From the IMG/VR virus record IMGVR_UViG_2700989508_000025: DNA of 36,472 nucleotides; one strand, 5' to 3'. Under the pieces are notes generated by a model, which worked only from the letters and a program-made list of their open reading frames with translations, had not been told where the DNA came from and ran no database searches. This DNA is from a virus. Lineage: Duplodnaviria; Heunggongvirae; Uroviricota; Caudoviricetes. Below, piece after piece: positions 18,450 through 27,237 of this stretch (positions within the stretch are counted from its first letter, which is position 1; each line of letters begins with the position of its first letter). The position numbers and the translations under genes were made by a program.

Positions 18450-18717
18450 CTTTTGCAATATCGTTGCGTAGCTGTTCACGTCTGGCCTCTCCGTCCTGAT
18501 TTCGCTGTTGATTTTCCACGCGGAGTTGCGCCAGCACCTGCTGCATATCCTGTACCCCGGTGCTGATGATATTCAGGTTGTCGACGGTGCTTTTCAGGGC
18601 GCTGGCCTGCGCTTCGTTTCTGGCGTTCTCCCGGCCCAGCGACCACGACAGACGCATGGATGTTCCCCATGCGGCAATCAGAAGGAAAGCGACGCCCAGC
18701 GTGGGCCAGAGCTTCAT
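18310..18717 (-). CDS. lysB: Inner-membrane spanin (LysB/Rz-like)
   Basis: Track ORF trimmed to MKLWPTLGVAFLLIAAWG (N-terminal TM anchor), followed by a coiled-coil-like region. The start overlaps the endolysin stop. Confidence 0.6.
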   Translation of the reverse strand: MKLWPTLGVAFLLIAAWGTSMRLSWSLGRENARNEAQASALKSTVDNLNIISTGVQDMQQVLAQLRVENQQRNQDGEARREQLRNDIAKDECAHALPDARFTDRLRRHAERATASAVSPAYTADADHTGNTSPLP

Positions 18718-19106
18718 GCCGGATAGGCTCCGTGTGGTAACTGATAATGCGGTCCGTCTTTCAGGGTCTTCCAGTCGCCGCCCCATTCCACCGGAATATT
18801 CAGTTCCCGGCTGGCCTGTCTGAATGCTGCTGCGATTTTTTCGTACAGCGGCCACTCCCATGACACCTGGCTGCCGATATAAGCCACAACATCCACGGCA
18901 TGTCCCGTAAGGTGGCGGCTGTTCATGGTCTGGCTCTTACCTGTGGCCACAAGTTGCTTCTGGCGGTAACGGCTGCGCAACCCTTCGGTGATACCAAAAT
19001 CCACTTCCGAAATTTCCAGTGCCCGTCGGGTCACTTTCACCAGATCAGGATTTACGCCCTGCAAATTCTTTTCGCTCCGGCTGCTGAATTTAAATGTGTT
19101 GCTCAT
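18714..19106 (-). CDS. Endolysin, peptidase M15 (L-alanyl-D-glutamate / D-Ala-D-Ala carboxypeptidase-like) family
   Basis: 130 aa with SRHLTGHAVDV and PHYQL-type motifs typical of M15 zinc peptidase endolysins. Its start overlaps the holin stop (ATGA). Confidence 0.75.
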   Translation of the reverse strand: MSNTFKFSSRSEKNLQGVNPDLVKVTRRALEISEVDFGITEGLRSRYRQKQLVATGKSQTMNSRHLTGHAVDVVAYIGSQVSWEWPLYEKIAAAFRQASRELNIPVEWGGDWKTLKDGPHYQLPHGAYPA

Positions 19107-19426
19107 TCGTCCTTCTCCTTCACCCTGCGATTAAAGGCTGCAATAACCTTGTCGCGTGCTTTCTCTGCGCCCATAAAACCGATTGATGCGCCGATAAACG
19201 TCACGGCATCTTCAGGAAAACCGAAGAAGCGCAACGACCCGGCCACGGCCATGGCAAGAACGCCGCACGCCAGCGATCCCGTTACGGTCTGAACCAGTGT
19301 TCGTCCGTCATAAAGACTCATCAGCGCGGAAATGCTGACCGCCGCGCCTACTGCATACACCGTTGGCAGGTGGTCAAAGAGCCACGCAATAACCTGCTCT
19401 GTGATCCCTGTTTGAATGGTGCTCAC
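19103..19426 (-). CDS. Holin (candidate)
   Basis: ORF in the holin position between X and the endolysin. Proposed GTG start at 19426 preceded by GGGGGGAG. About 107 aa with two to three hydrophobic helices and a charged C-terminus (RRVKEKDE). Confidence 0.5.
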   Translation of the reverse strand: MSTIQTGITEQVIAWLFDHLPTVYAVGAAVSISALMSLYDGRTLVQTVTGSLACGVLAMAVAGSLRFFGFPEDAVTFIGASIGFMGAEKARDKVIAAFNRRVKEKDE

Positions 19427-19428
19427 TG

Positions 19429-19629
19429 CTACTCCCCCCACAACTGAATCATTTCTCGTTTCTTCTTCTCCGGCTCCGGCATCTCCACTTCCTGCCCGGC
19501 GTCCAGAAATACCTGCTGACAGAGTCCGGGGTTGGCATCCAGCACCTTTTCGGTGACGCCCTGCGTCGTGCCGTAGTACCGGAAACAGAGCGAATCCACG
19601 GTGTCGCCTTCCAGTGCCTTCACTTTCAT
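19429..19629 (-). CDS. X: Tail protein X (LysM-like)
   Basis: Track ORF trimmed to MKVKALEGDTVDSLCFRYYGTTQGVTEKVLDANPGL, which closely resembles P2 gpX (67 aa). Confidence 0.8.
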   Translation of the reverse strand: MKVKALEGDTVDSLCFRYYGTTQGVTEKVLDANPGLCQQVFLDAGQEVEMPEPEKKKREMIQLWGE

Positions 19630-20132
19630 CAGCACAACTCCGCAAAGATTCGCGGGCGGCACAGAATGTCAGAGATGGCCCAGCTCACATCGCGCCACAA
19701 ATCCGATGTCTGTATATCCAGTGCGTCCGCCCGGCGGTCGCCCTTGTCCGTTGTGTCCGCATCGCGGTAACGCTCCAGAATCAGGGCGCGTGTGGCGGTG
19801 TAAACCGCATTGCGCCAGTGCCAGAGATTGACGCTTTCTCCGTTAATTACGGGTGCCGGAACATCGGCCAGCGTCTGATGGCCAGCCGCCTGCTGTTCCT
19901 TCTGCCATGCTTCCAGCTCGCGGGTAACGTGTGCCACAGCTCCGGTGGCGGTATGCAGCAGGCGGGAGGTGGTCACGCGCCCCGGCAGTCGTACCGCCAG
20001 ACGCAGTTCACGCAGCACAATATCCGGCCAGAATGCACCCGCTGAAATACGGGTATCACCATCATCGGTATCGGTGATGTCGTCCTCTGCGGGGCCGGGG
20101 TTGGTTCTGGCAACCATACTCATGGGGTTCAC
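19629..20132 (-). CDS. L: Head completion/stabilisation protein L
   Basis: 167 aa (P2 L is about 169), between M and X. Confidence 0.75.
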   Translation of the reverse strand: MNPMSMVARTNPGPAEDDITDTDDGDTRISAGAFWPDIVLRELRLAVRLPGRVTTSRLLHTATGAVAHVTRELEAWQKEQQAAGHQTLADVPAPVINGESVNLWHWRNAVYTATRALILERYRDADTTDKGDRRADALDIQTSDLWRDVSWAISDILCRPRIFAELC

Positions 20133-20224
20133 TCCTGAAAAAATCGGGCGGTGGGTGCGCGGTGTAAACGGTCACGGAGTCAAACCGGAACACCGCGCAC
20201 GCCGCCCGCTGACGGGGTCAGTCG

Positions 20225-21025
20225 TTAACCGCGCTTCGCCTTCTGCGTCGCGGTGGTTTTTCGTGTTGCAGGCTTCCGCGTTGTCTTTTTACTTTTGCTG
20301 CTTTCGTCCTGCGCCTGCTGTGCGCTGGCGTCTTCTGGTGCGGCTGCGGAATCGGCTTTTTTCAGGGCGCGGGAAAGGGTTGCAATCTCGCGTTTCACAC
20401 CTGCGTTCGGGTTCAGGTGCATTGCTTCGCGCAGCAGCTTCAGTGACAGGGCCATGCTGTCCGCATCACTCAGGCCACGGCGGGCAAAGGCGCACGCTTT
20501 GCATAATTTGGCGCGCACTTCGTCCGGCATGTCCTGGTCGGTGACAATCTCCCGGAGGGTGTCCAGTGGTTCGATAAAGGCGGACAAATCCGCGTCGGCA
20601 TCCGTCCCGGCCTGCGTCAGTACCGGATTACAGATTTCTTCGGTCAGTACCGTGGCAGCAGTACGGCCAAAGTTATCCGGCATGATGAGGTTGTGACGGA
20701 CCACATACGCGCCGATACGCAGCGCAAGCGGAAGATCGCCACAGTCAATCGCCCACACCATCAGCGTGGCAATCACTTCATCCTGCTGCCCGCCGTCAGC
20801 CTCCAGCGTTCCCTCAATCCAGCCGGAAAAATCCGGCAACAACTCTTTTTTGATGGCGGCTTTCGCGCTTCTGGCCTGTACACCCTTAAGCCGGGCCTGT
20901 GCCAGACGCAGACGATACAGCACCTCTTCATGCGCGGTACGCGCGGCGTGGTCCACGCCTTCATTCGCCCGGCCTGCGCGCTGTGCCATCACGTTCTGCC
21001 AGTGTTGCTGTGCAGGAGTAATCAT
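20225..21025 (-). CDS. M: Terminase endonuclease (small) subunit M
   Basis: 266 aa with a basic C-terminal tail; position and size of P2 M. Confidence 0.8.
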   Translation of the reverse strand: MITPAQQHWQNVMAQRAGRANEGVDHAARTAHEEVLYRLRLAQARLKGVQARSAKAAIKKELLPDFSGWIEGTLEADGGQQDEVIATLMVWAIDCGDLPLALRIGAYVVRHNLIMPDNFGRTAATVLTEEICNPVLTQAGTDADADLSAFIEPLDTLREIVTDQDMPDEVRAKLCKACAFARRGLSDADSMALSLKLLREAMHLNPNAGVKREIATLSRALKKADSAAAPEDASAQQAQDESSKSKKTTRKPATRKTTATQKAKRG

Positions 21026-21070
21026 TTGTTCTCTCCGTTACTGGCGGGCATGATGCCCGCCGTGAGTTGA

Positions 21071-22123
21071 TTAGCTGTCGGCGAACTTCAGGCCAGTGAC
21101 CATCGCGCACTTGCCATAGTCTTCAACGACATAAGCGTCATTGATGGACTGGTAGGTGGCGATGCGGTTGTATTCCGGCTCGTCTTTCATCAGGCGACGC
21201 ATTGAACCTTTCTGCCAGTAAATCGACAGGTTGTTGAACGAGGTGATCAGCATCGTTGCATCCGGGAAGAACGGCGCAAGGAACACGCCCAGCCCGCCAA
21301 TGGTGCGCGATGACAGGATGAGCTGCCCGGCAAGTAATTCCGCATTGGGATTCTGGCCGCTGATGCTGTTCAGCACGGGCAGACGCAGCGAGTTAAACAG
21401 GTTGCGCCCCATAATCACCACAAGGTCGTCAGCTTCCTTGTGCCATTCATCCAGCAGGGATGAACGCGCGTCCTGTACCAGTGCATCAGCGTTCGCATAC
21501 TTACCCGCGTGCGCCACGGTGTTGTCCATGTTGCGGGAGGTCAGCGTCACGTCATTCATAACGCGTTCGCTGGCGTCGGTTCTGATGTGCTCCAGCCATC
21601 CCACGTTAACGTCCTGAAGCAGCTTGTTGGTGCTGAAGTTGGACTCATCCGCGTGAGACGTGCCGTTGAAACCGATCATGATGCGGTCAAGCGCCACCTG
21701 TCGGGCAATCTGTGCGCTGATGCGGGACTGAAAATCAGGATGTGCCGCCCAGGCATCAAGCTGCGGATATGAAATAAACGTGTCGTAGTTCACCTGTTCG
21801 CACTGGTATTTGCGGTTTTTCAGATCAACCACGTTATTCGGGTTACGGCGTTTTGTGCCGTCATAACTGGTATTCGTGCGTGCAATTGGCCCGGTGGTGT
21901 CCAGGAGGATTTTTTCGCCTTTCTGGTCGGTCACGCCGATCACGTTAATTCTTTTTGTAAATTCGGTGCTTTCCTTTGAGGCGTTTTCAAAACGCTGCTG
22001 CACCGAGGGTTCCACGGTAAATCGCGATACCAGTGCGGAAACCGGAATATTATTAAGCGACGCCTGCTGCGCCATATAGCAACCCAGCTTGTTGCGGGTA
22101 ATATCTGACATCACCAGATTCAT
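21071..22123 (-). CDS. N: Major capsid protein N
   Basis: 350 aa (P2 N is about 357), immediately downstream of the scaffold gene. Confidence 0.85.
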   Translation of the reverse strand: MNLVMSDITRNKLGCYMAQQASLNNIPVSALVSRFTVEPSVQQRFENASKESTEFTKRINVIGVTDQKGEKILLDTTGPIARTNTSYDGTKRRNPNNVVDLKNRKYQCEQVNYDTFISYPQLDAWAAHPDFQSRISAQIARQVALDRIMIGFNGTSHADESNFSTNKLLQDVNVGWLEHIRTDASERVMNDVTLTSRNMDNTVAHAGKYANADALVQDARSSLLDEWHKEADDLVVIMGRNLFNSLRLPVLNSISGQNPNAELLAGQLILSSRTIGGLGVFLAPFFPDATMLITSFNNLSIYWQKGSMRRLMKDEPEYNRIATYQSINDAYVVEDYGKCAMVTGLKFADS

Positions 22124-22146
22124 AAAAAATTTGCTCCTTTGTCTTA

Positions 22147-22983
22147 TCAGAAGTCAGCCAGCTGGTCGGAGGCTGCACCTGTTGCGGTGAACCGGTTCTG
22201 CGGATCGCCGTCCTGCGTGCGCAGTTTTTCCTTCAGTGCTGCCAGCTCTGTGGTCAGTGACGTAATTTTCTGGCTGTCCTGCTGATGGCGGGTTTCCAGC
22301 ACATTAAAACGGTCGATAATGTCGGCCTGTGACGTTGCGACGCCTTCCACCGCTTCCTGAATACGGGAAAAACTGGCGTCATCCGCTTTGCGGCCACGGC
22401 CAATAATCCCCATTACGCGGTTAAACCACTGGGTGCCTTCTTCCTGGCGTTGTTCTGCCATTTCGATGATTTCAGACTCGATGGCTTCGGAGATAAGCGG
22501 CGCTTCACCCTGGATACTGTTGAACGTCATCACCGCCTGACGTTGCTGTGCCGTGAATTTCAGGCGCTCAGTGCCCAGGCTTGCCGGGGTGTCGGTCATC
22601 GCCAGCCCGACCAGATAGGCGCGCCCGTTAACGGAGAACTGCGGGTGCAGTTCGATACTGGAATAGATTTTCTTGCCGTCCGCGACAAGCTGCTTCATGC
22701 GCTCGGTCGGTTCGATTTCTGCATACAGCGCAGTACGTCCGGCCAGCGGACCTTCCGTAATGTCTTCCGTACTCAGTGCGGTGACATCGCCCATTGCGGA
22801 AAATTCGCTTGACGGGCATGGCGAGAGATAGTGCTCAACGTTCACGCGGGCAGCGTAAACATCCGGGTTGAAGTTCTCGGCGGCTTCACGCAGATGCACC
22901 GGACTGATTTCACGGCCATCAACAGTTGATCCGGAGACAGCCACGCGAAACTTTTTGCGGGATGTCTTTTTTTCATTAGCCAT
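22147..22983 (-). CDS. O: Capsid scaffolding protein O
   Basis: Track ORF trimmed to MANEKKTSRKKFRVAVSG..., which aligns by eye with the P2 gpO N-terminus. SD GAGGGG lies 9 nt upstream. Confidence 0.8.
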   Translation of the reverse strand: MANEKKTSRKKFRVAVSGSTVDGREISPVHLREAAENFNPDVYAARVNVEHYLSPCPSSEFSAMGDVTALSTEDITEGPLAGRTALYAEIEPTERMKQLVADGKKIYSSIELHPQFSVNGRAYLVGLAMTDTPASLGTERLKFTAQQRQAVMTFNSIQGEAPLISEAIESEIIEMAEQRQEEGTQWFNRVMGIIGRGRKADDASFSRIQEAVEGVATSQADIIDRFNVLETRHQQDSQKITSLTTELAALKEKLRTQDGDPQNRFTATGAASDQLADF

Positions 22984-23137
22984 AGTTTTTGCCCCTCTGA
23001 CTGGTTCTTCAGTCATGATGGCAAAGCGTAACAGGCTGATACAAAGGGTTTTTGTTGTAAGAAAACGGCCAGAACAGGGGGTTAAGGAGAACAGTTTCGC
23101 GCGCGGGTAATCTTCCTGTAATTACTCAGGGGGAGCA

Positions 23138-24889
23138 ATGATTCAGGACGCTTTTGTGCGCCAGCGTGCGCGGCAACTTTACTGGCAGGGTTATCCGCCC
23201 GCAGAAATATCACGTCTGATGGGAATAAACCCGAACACGATTTATGCGTGGAAAAAACGTGACCAGTGGGATGAAACGCCACCCGTGCAGCGTGTCACGC
23301 AGTCCATCGATGCGCGCCTCATCCAGCTTACTGAAAAACAGAATAAAACAGGCGGTGACTTTAAGGAAATAGACCTGCTGACCCGGCAGCTTAAAAAGCT
23401 GCATGATGGCCAGCCGGATGTGATGGCCGCAGGAAAGAAAGGCCGGGCGAAAAAACTCAAAAATCATTTCACGCCGGAACAGATTGCCGCACTGCGGGAA
23501 AAAATCATCAGCAGGCTGGAGTGGCATCAGCGGGGCTGGTTTGACTCCCTGACCCTTTGCAGGGAAGCCGGGATACGTAACAGGATGATCCTGAAATCCC
23601 GACAGATTGGGGCGACCTGGTATTTTGCACAGGAAGCGCTGCTGATGGCGCTGCGTGACGATGTGGCGCAACCTTACCAGCGTAACCAGATTTTTTTGTC
23701 TGCGTCGCGTCGTCAGGCGTTCCAGTTTAAAAGCATTATTCAGAAGGCCGCGGCTGAAGTTGATGTGGAGCTGAAAGGGGGCGATAAAATCATCCTCTCC
23801 AACGGCGCAGAGCTGCATTTTCTCGGCACTTCTGCTGCGTCGGCACAGTCCTATACGGGCAATTTTTATTTTGATGAATTTTTCTGGGTCAGTCGCTTTG
23901 CTGAACTGCGCAAGGTGGCTGGCGCTATGGCAACCCTCAGCGGACTGCGGCGCACCTACTTCTCCACGCCATCCACCGAAACGCACGAGGCATACGCCTA
24001 CTGGAATGGCGACCGCTGGAACGAGAAAAAGGCCTCGCATAAACGCCAGCGTTTTTCTGTGGACTGGAAAACGCTGCATAACGGGCTTATCTGCCCTGAC
24101 CGGACGTGGCGGCAAATTGTCACGCTGGAAGATGTGGTTAATCACGGCTGGAAACACACCGATATCGACGAAATTCGTGATGAAAACACCGAAGACGAGT
24201 TCCTCAATCTCTATATGTGTGAGTTTGTCCGCGAAGGGGAATCGGCATTTAACCTGAATATCCTGATTGGCTGCGGTGTTGACGGATACGACGACTGGAA
24301 AGACTGGAAACCTTTTGCTCCCCGACCGATGGGGAATCGTCCGGTATGGATTGGGTATGACGCAAACGGCAGTAGTGGCAACGGCGACAGCGGCGCTGTG
24401 TCCGTTGTGGTTCCTCCGGCTGTTCCTGGTGGCCGTTTTCGAACGGTGGAGACTCGACGCGTTCAGGGGCTGGAGTTTGAAGAGCAGGCCAGAGTCATTG
24501 AAGAGTTCACGTATCGCTACAACGTGGAACACATCGGCATTGATGTGACGGGCGGGAACGGGGAGGCTGTTTATCAGATAGTGAAGCGGTTTTTCCCTGC
24601 TGCTATTCCGTACACCTTCACGCTGTCATCAAAACGGTCGCTGGTACTGAAAATGCTGCAAATAATGCGTGCCGGGCGGTGGGAATACGATCGCGCCGAA
24701 CGCGAGCTGGTCGCGGCCTTTAACGCCGTGCGTAAGGTGAAAACACCGGGCGGCTTTATCACTTACGAAACGGACCGAGCGAGGGGGATCAGCCACGGCG
24801 ACCTTGCGTGGGCAACCATGCTTGCTGTCATTAACGAACCGATTGGCGGCGAAGGAGAAAACGAGCGTTTCACGGTTATGGAGTTCTGA
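23138..24889 (+). CDS. P: Terminase ATPase (large) subunit P
   Basis: 583 aa (P2 P is about 590). N-terminal HTH-like segment and a Walker-A-like KSRQIGATWY. Divergent from O as in P2. Confidence 0.85.
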   Translation: MIQDAFVRQRARQLYWQGYPPAEISRLMGINPNTIYAWKKRDQWDETPPVQRVTQSIDARLIQLTEKQNKTGGDFKEIDLLTRQLKKLHDGQPDVMAAGKKGRAKKLKNHFTPEQIAALREKIISRLEWHQRGWFDSLTLCREAGIRNRMILKSRQIGATWYFAQEALLMALRDDVAQPYQRNQIFLSASRRQAFQFKSIIQKAAAEVDVELKGGDKIILSNGAELHFLGTSAASAQSYTGNFYFDEFFWVSRFAELRKVAGAMATLSGLRRTYFSTPSTETHEAYAYWNGDRWNEKKASHKRQRFSVDWKTLHNGLICPDRTWRQIVTLEDVVNHGWKHTDIDEIRDENTEDEFLNLYMCEFVREGESAFNLNILIGCGVDGYDDWKDWKPFAPRPMGNRPVWIGYDANGSSGNGDSGAVSVVVPPAVPGGRFRTVETRRVQGLEFEEQARVIEEFTYRYNVEHIGIDVTGGNGEAVYQIVKRFFPAAIPYTFTLSSKRSLVLKMLQIMRAGRWEYDRAERELVAAFNAVRKVKTPGGFITYETDRARGISHGDLAWATMLAVINEPIGGEGENERFTVMEF

Positions 24890-25935
24890 TGAGCAGAAAA
24901 AATAAAAAAGTGCGCATGAGTTCACGCATTGATCTCGCTGATGCGCTCAGGAAAGAATCATCGCTCAGTGCATTCACATTTGATGGTCCTTATCGCCTGA
25001 CCGGGCATGACCTGCTGGACAATATGTACTGTGCTGATAACGGGCGGTGGTATGAAACCCCGGTGGACTGGTACGGTCTGGCAAGAGCCGCCCGGCAAAC
25101 GTCCTGGCATCAGTCTGCGCTTTACTTTAAGCGCAATGTATTGCTCGGTTGCTACATCCCGCACCCGCTGCTTTCCCGGCAGGATTTCTCGGCGCTGGCG
25201 CTGGACTGGTTTGTGTTCGGTAACGCATTCCTTGAGCTTCGGAGCAATATGCTCGGCGAACCACTTAAATTACGGCACGCACTGGCGAAATACATGCGAC
25301 GCGGAAGCGATCTTGAATCATGGTGGTATGTGCAGGATGGCAAGGACGCGTTTCAGTTTCGCCCTGGCAAAGTGTGCCACCTGATGAATCCGGACATTAA
25401 CCAGGAAATTTACGGCATGCCGGAATATCTTGGCGCATTACTCTCGGCCAGCCTGTCTCATTCGGCGGACATGTTCAGAAAACTGTATTACGACAATGGA
25501 TCCCACGCCGGGTGCATCATCTACATCGGTGCAGCGCAGGTAAACCGCGAAAGCATGGACTCCCTGAAAGAAACGTTACAGGGTGCGCGTGGTGGTGGTG
25601 CGTTTAAAAACGTGCTCATCCATGCGCCCAACGGGGGCAAAGAGGGGGTGCAAATTTTGCCGTTCCAGCAGATCACCGCAAAGGATGAGTTCATGAATGT
25701 TAAGGCGGCATCCCGTGATGATGTGCTGGCTGCGCACCGCGTTCCGCCGCAACTGATGGGGGCGATGCCGGGCGAAAAAAGTGCGTTTGGTGATGTGGAG
25801 AAGGCTGCGCGGGTTTACGCAATTAACGAGCTGATGCCCGTCATGGAGGCCATGAAGCACATCAATGACTGGCTTGGCGAAGAGGTGATCCGCTTTAACC
25901 CTTACGCACTGTTAGACACCCAGCCCACATCCTGA
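24889..25935 (+). CDS. Q: Portal protein Q
   Basis: 348 aa (P2 Q is about 344), downstream of P with ATGA overlap; the last late gene before the presumed cos region. Confidence 0.85.
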   Translation: MSRKNKKVRMSSRIDLADALRKESSLSAFTFDGPYRLTGHDLLDNMYCADNGRWYETPVDWYGLARAARQTSWHQSALYFKRNVLLGCYIPHPLLSRQDFSALALDWFVFGNAFLELRSNMLGEPLKLRHALAKYMRRGSDLESWWYVQDGKDAFQFRPGKVCHLMNPDINQEIYGMPEYLGALLSASLSHSADMFRKLYYDNGSHAGCIIYIGAAQVNRESMDSLKETLQGARGGGAFKNVLIHAPNGGKEGVQILPFQQITAKDEFMNVKAASRDDVLAAHRVPPQLMGAMPGEKSAFGDVEKAARVYAINELMPVMEAMKHINDWLGEEVIRFNPYALLDTQPTS

Positions 25936-26358
25936 CGCGCTTCGCTTGTCTGCTGCTTCGCCGGGGCATAAAAAATTTATGCCCCGACTCTCCAGCTCCT
26001 GTATCAGTCAGATAATTTCACGACGCCTTCCAGTTTATCGCCACCATCGACGGTCAGACTCTTACGCAATCCCACCGCGTTGACTGTATGTTCTCGCCGC
26101 CTCAGTGCGATTTTGACGGCCTTACCTTTCACCCCATCAAATCAAAAGCCCTCACGCCTTTTTCACGCTCAGCGTGAGAAATACAGCCATTCTGTTGTGT
26201 CGCTGCGACATCGTTCAGGGAATGCTATTTACCCCCTGAAACGCGGGCTGTTCCCCCGTCACCTGCGCGCAGAAAAAGCGCGTTTTTTTGTGCACGCACG
26301 GATCCTTGACGGATCCAGCCGCAACGCGGGCCGGAAGGGCAAAAAGTCGTTCAAAAAA

Positions 26359-26388
26359 ATTGTGCAAATTTGTGCACTATTGTGCATT
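26359..26388. repeat. Three helically phased direct repeats of TTGTGCA (10-bp periodicity) in the Q-proximal non-coding region
   Basis: Read directly: TTGTGCA at 26360-26366, 26370-26376 and 26380-26386. Confidence 0.6.
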
Positions 26389-26419
26389 GAAATAAACGCC
26401 ATGGAGGAGGGCGTTTTAC

Positions 26420-26611
26420 TTATCTTTTATAGCCTTGCCCCTTCCTGGCCAGCGTCCTGATGGCCGGGCGTGCCAACATCATATTTTGGCAATGATGAAT
26501 TGCCCGGCAAAATTCATCTCTACCCATTGGATGCTCAACTGGCAATGTTAAATACAGGTTCCATGCGTCGCCTAAAAGTTGGGCTATCTTTTGTTCTTCA
26601 GATGTCAGCAA
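26420..26611 (-). CDS. Hypothetical small protein (63 aa), TTG start; weak call
   Basis: Track ORF overlapping the end of the 72-aa ORF. Non-ATG start and no clear SD. Confidence 0.2.
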   Translation of the reverse strand: MLTSEEQKIAQLLGDAWNLYLTLPVEHPMGRDEFCRAIHHCQNMMLARPAIRTLARKGQGYKR

Positions 26612-26823
26612 GCGGTATCCGTAAAATAATCATACTTTTCATGTATGTTATTTAACGGTTTTGTCTGTAGTGCAGCCTGAGCTATACGGTATGCCTGAAG
26701 CATACGGGCGTCGTTGATATCCATTCCGAACGGAATTTCTGATGATTGTGACTCTGCATCTTCAAGCCTGGCAATTTCTTTACGTAAGAAGTATTTCAAC
26801 TCTTGTTTCTGTTTTCTGTTCAT
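26605..26823 (-). CDS. Hypothetical small basic protein (72 aa)
   Basis: ATG at 26823 preceded by AAAGGAAAA about 8 nt upstream; charged, helical-looking sequence. No family recognised. Confidence 0.4.
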   Translation of the reverse strand: MNRKQKQELKYFLRKEIARLEDAESQSSEIPFGMDINDARMLQAYRIAQAALQTKPLNNIHEKYDYFTDTAC

Positions 26824-26921
26824 GCTTTTTTTCCTTTTTCTCTGTCAATGTGTTGCATTTTGTCCCCCTTGTTTATGTTCCCGGATTAAAGTCATCAGGG
26901 CGGATGCGCCCTGATGTTGTG

Positions 26922-27233
26922 TTATTCGGGAAATAATGCCCGGATATTTCCGGCCATCTGACTGGTTATCTGTGCGGTTGATACTGGCTGTGACGCGGGG
27001 CATTCTGTCCTGGTTTGTGTCACTGATAACGCCTCATCGTCAGCCCATGCAGCCAGTCGGTAAGCCTCTGCTGGATTCATTTTCAGAAGTGCCAGCCCGG
27101 CCAGAAAAGCCACGCGTTGGCCGCTTTTGCGGGCTTCTGGTGTAAGGCTGTCCAGCCAGGCGCATGCTTCGCTTTCGTTCTTGACGGCCGCAGGCTTCAG
27201 ATAGAAACTTATCCGTCTGGTTGGTGTCGTCAT
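26922..27233 (-). CDS. parR: ParR-like centromere-binding adaptor (plasmid partition / StbB-like)
   Basis: Track ORF trimmed to MTTPTRRISFYLKPAAVKNESEACAWLDSL...AFLAGLALLK, which resembles the N-terminal ribbon-helix-helix region of R1 ParR (RRTIAFKLNP...ALTAGLALYR) from memory. Lies immediately downstream of parM. Confidence 0.6.
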   Translation of the reverse strand: MTTPTRRISFYLKPAAVKNESEACAWLDSLTPEARKSGQRVAFLAGLALLKMNPAEAYRLAAWADDEALSVTQTRTECPASQPVSTAQITSQMAGNIRALFPE

Positions 27234-27237
27234 TGGT

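Noticed and set aside
23017-23137. Ogr-dependent late promoter dyad (TGT-N12-ACA) in the O/P divergent region and in 5511..5667
   Set aside because: I looked for the canonical dyad and found only off-spacing approximations (for example TGT-N15-ACA near 23070). Without a proper motif scan I do not call late promoters.
25963-25985. Hairpin ggggcataaa-aaa-tttatgcccc just downstream of Q as an intrinsic terminator
   Set aside because: It is a perfect stem but lacks a following U-tract on either strand. It may instead belong to the cos or packaging region, so I left it uncalled.
26080-26460. Plus-strand 126-aa ORF in the Q-proximal non-coding region
   Set aside because: It spans the repeat-rich presumed cos region, has no ribosome-binding site, and its translation is low complexity.
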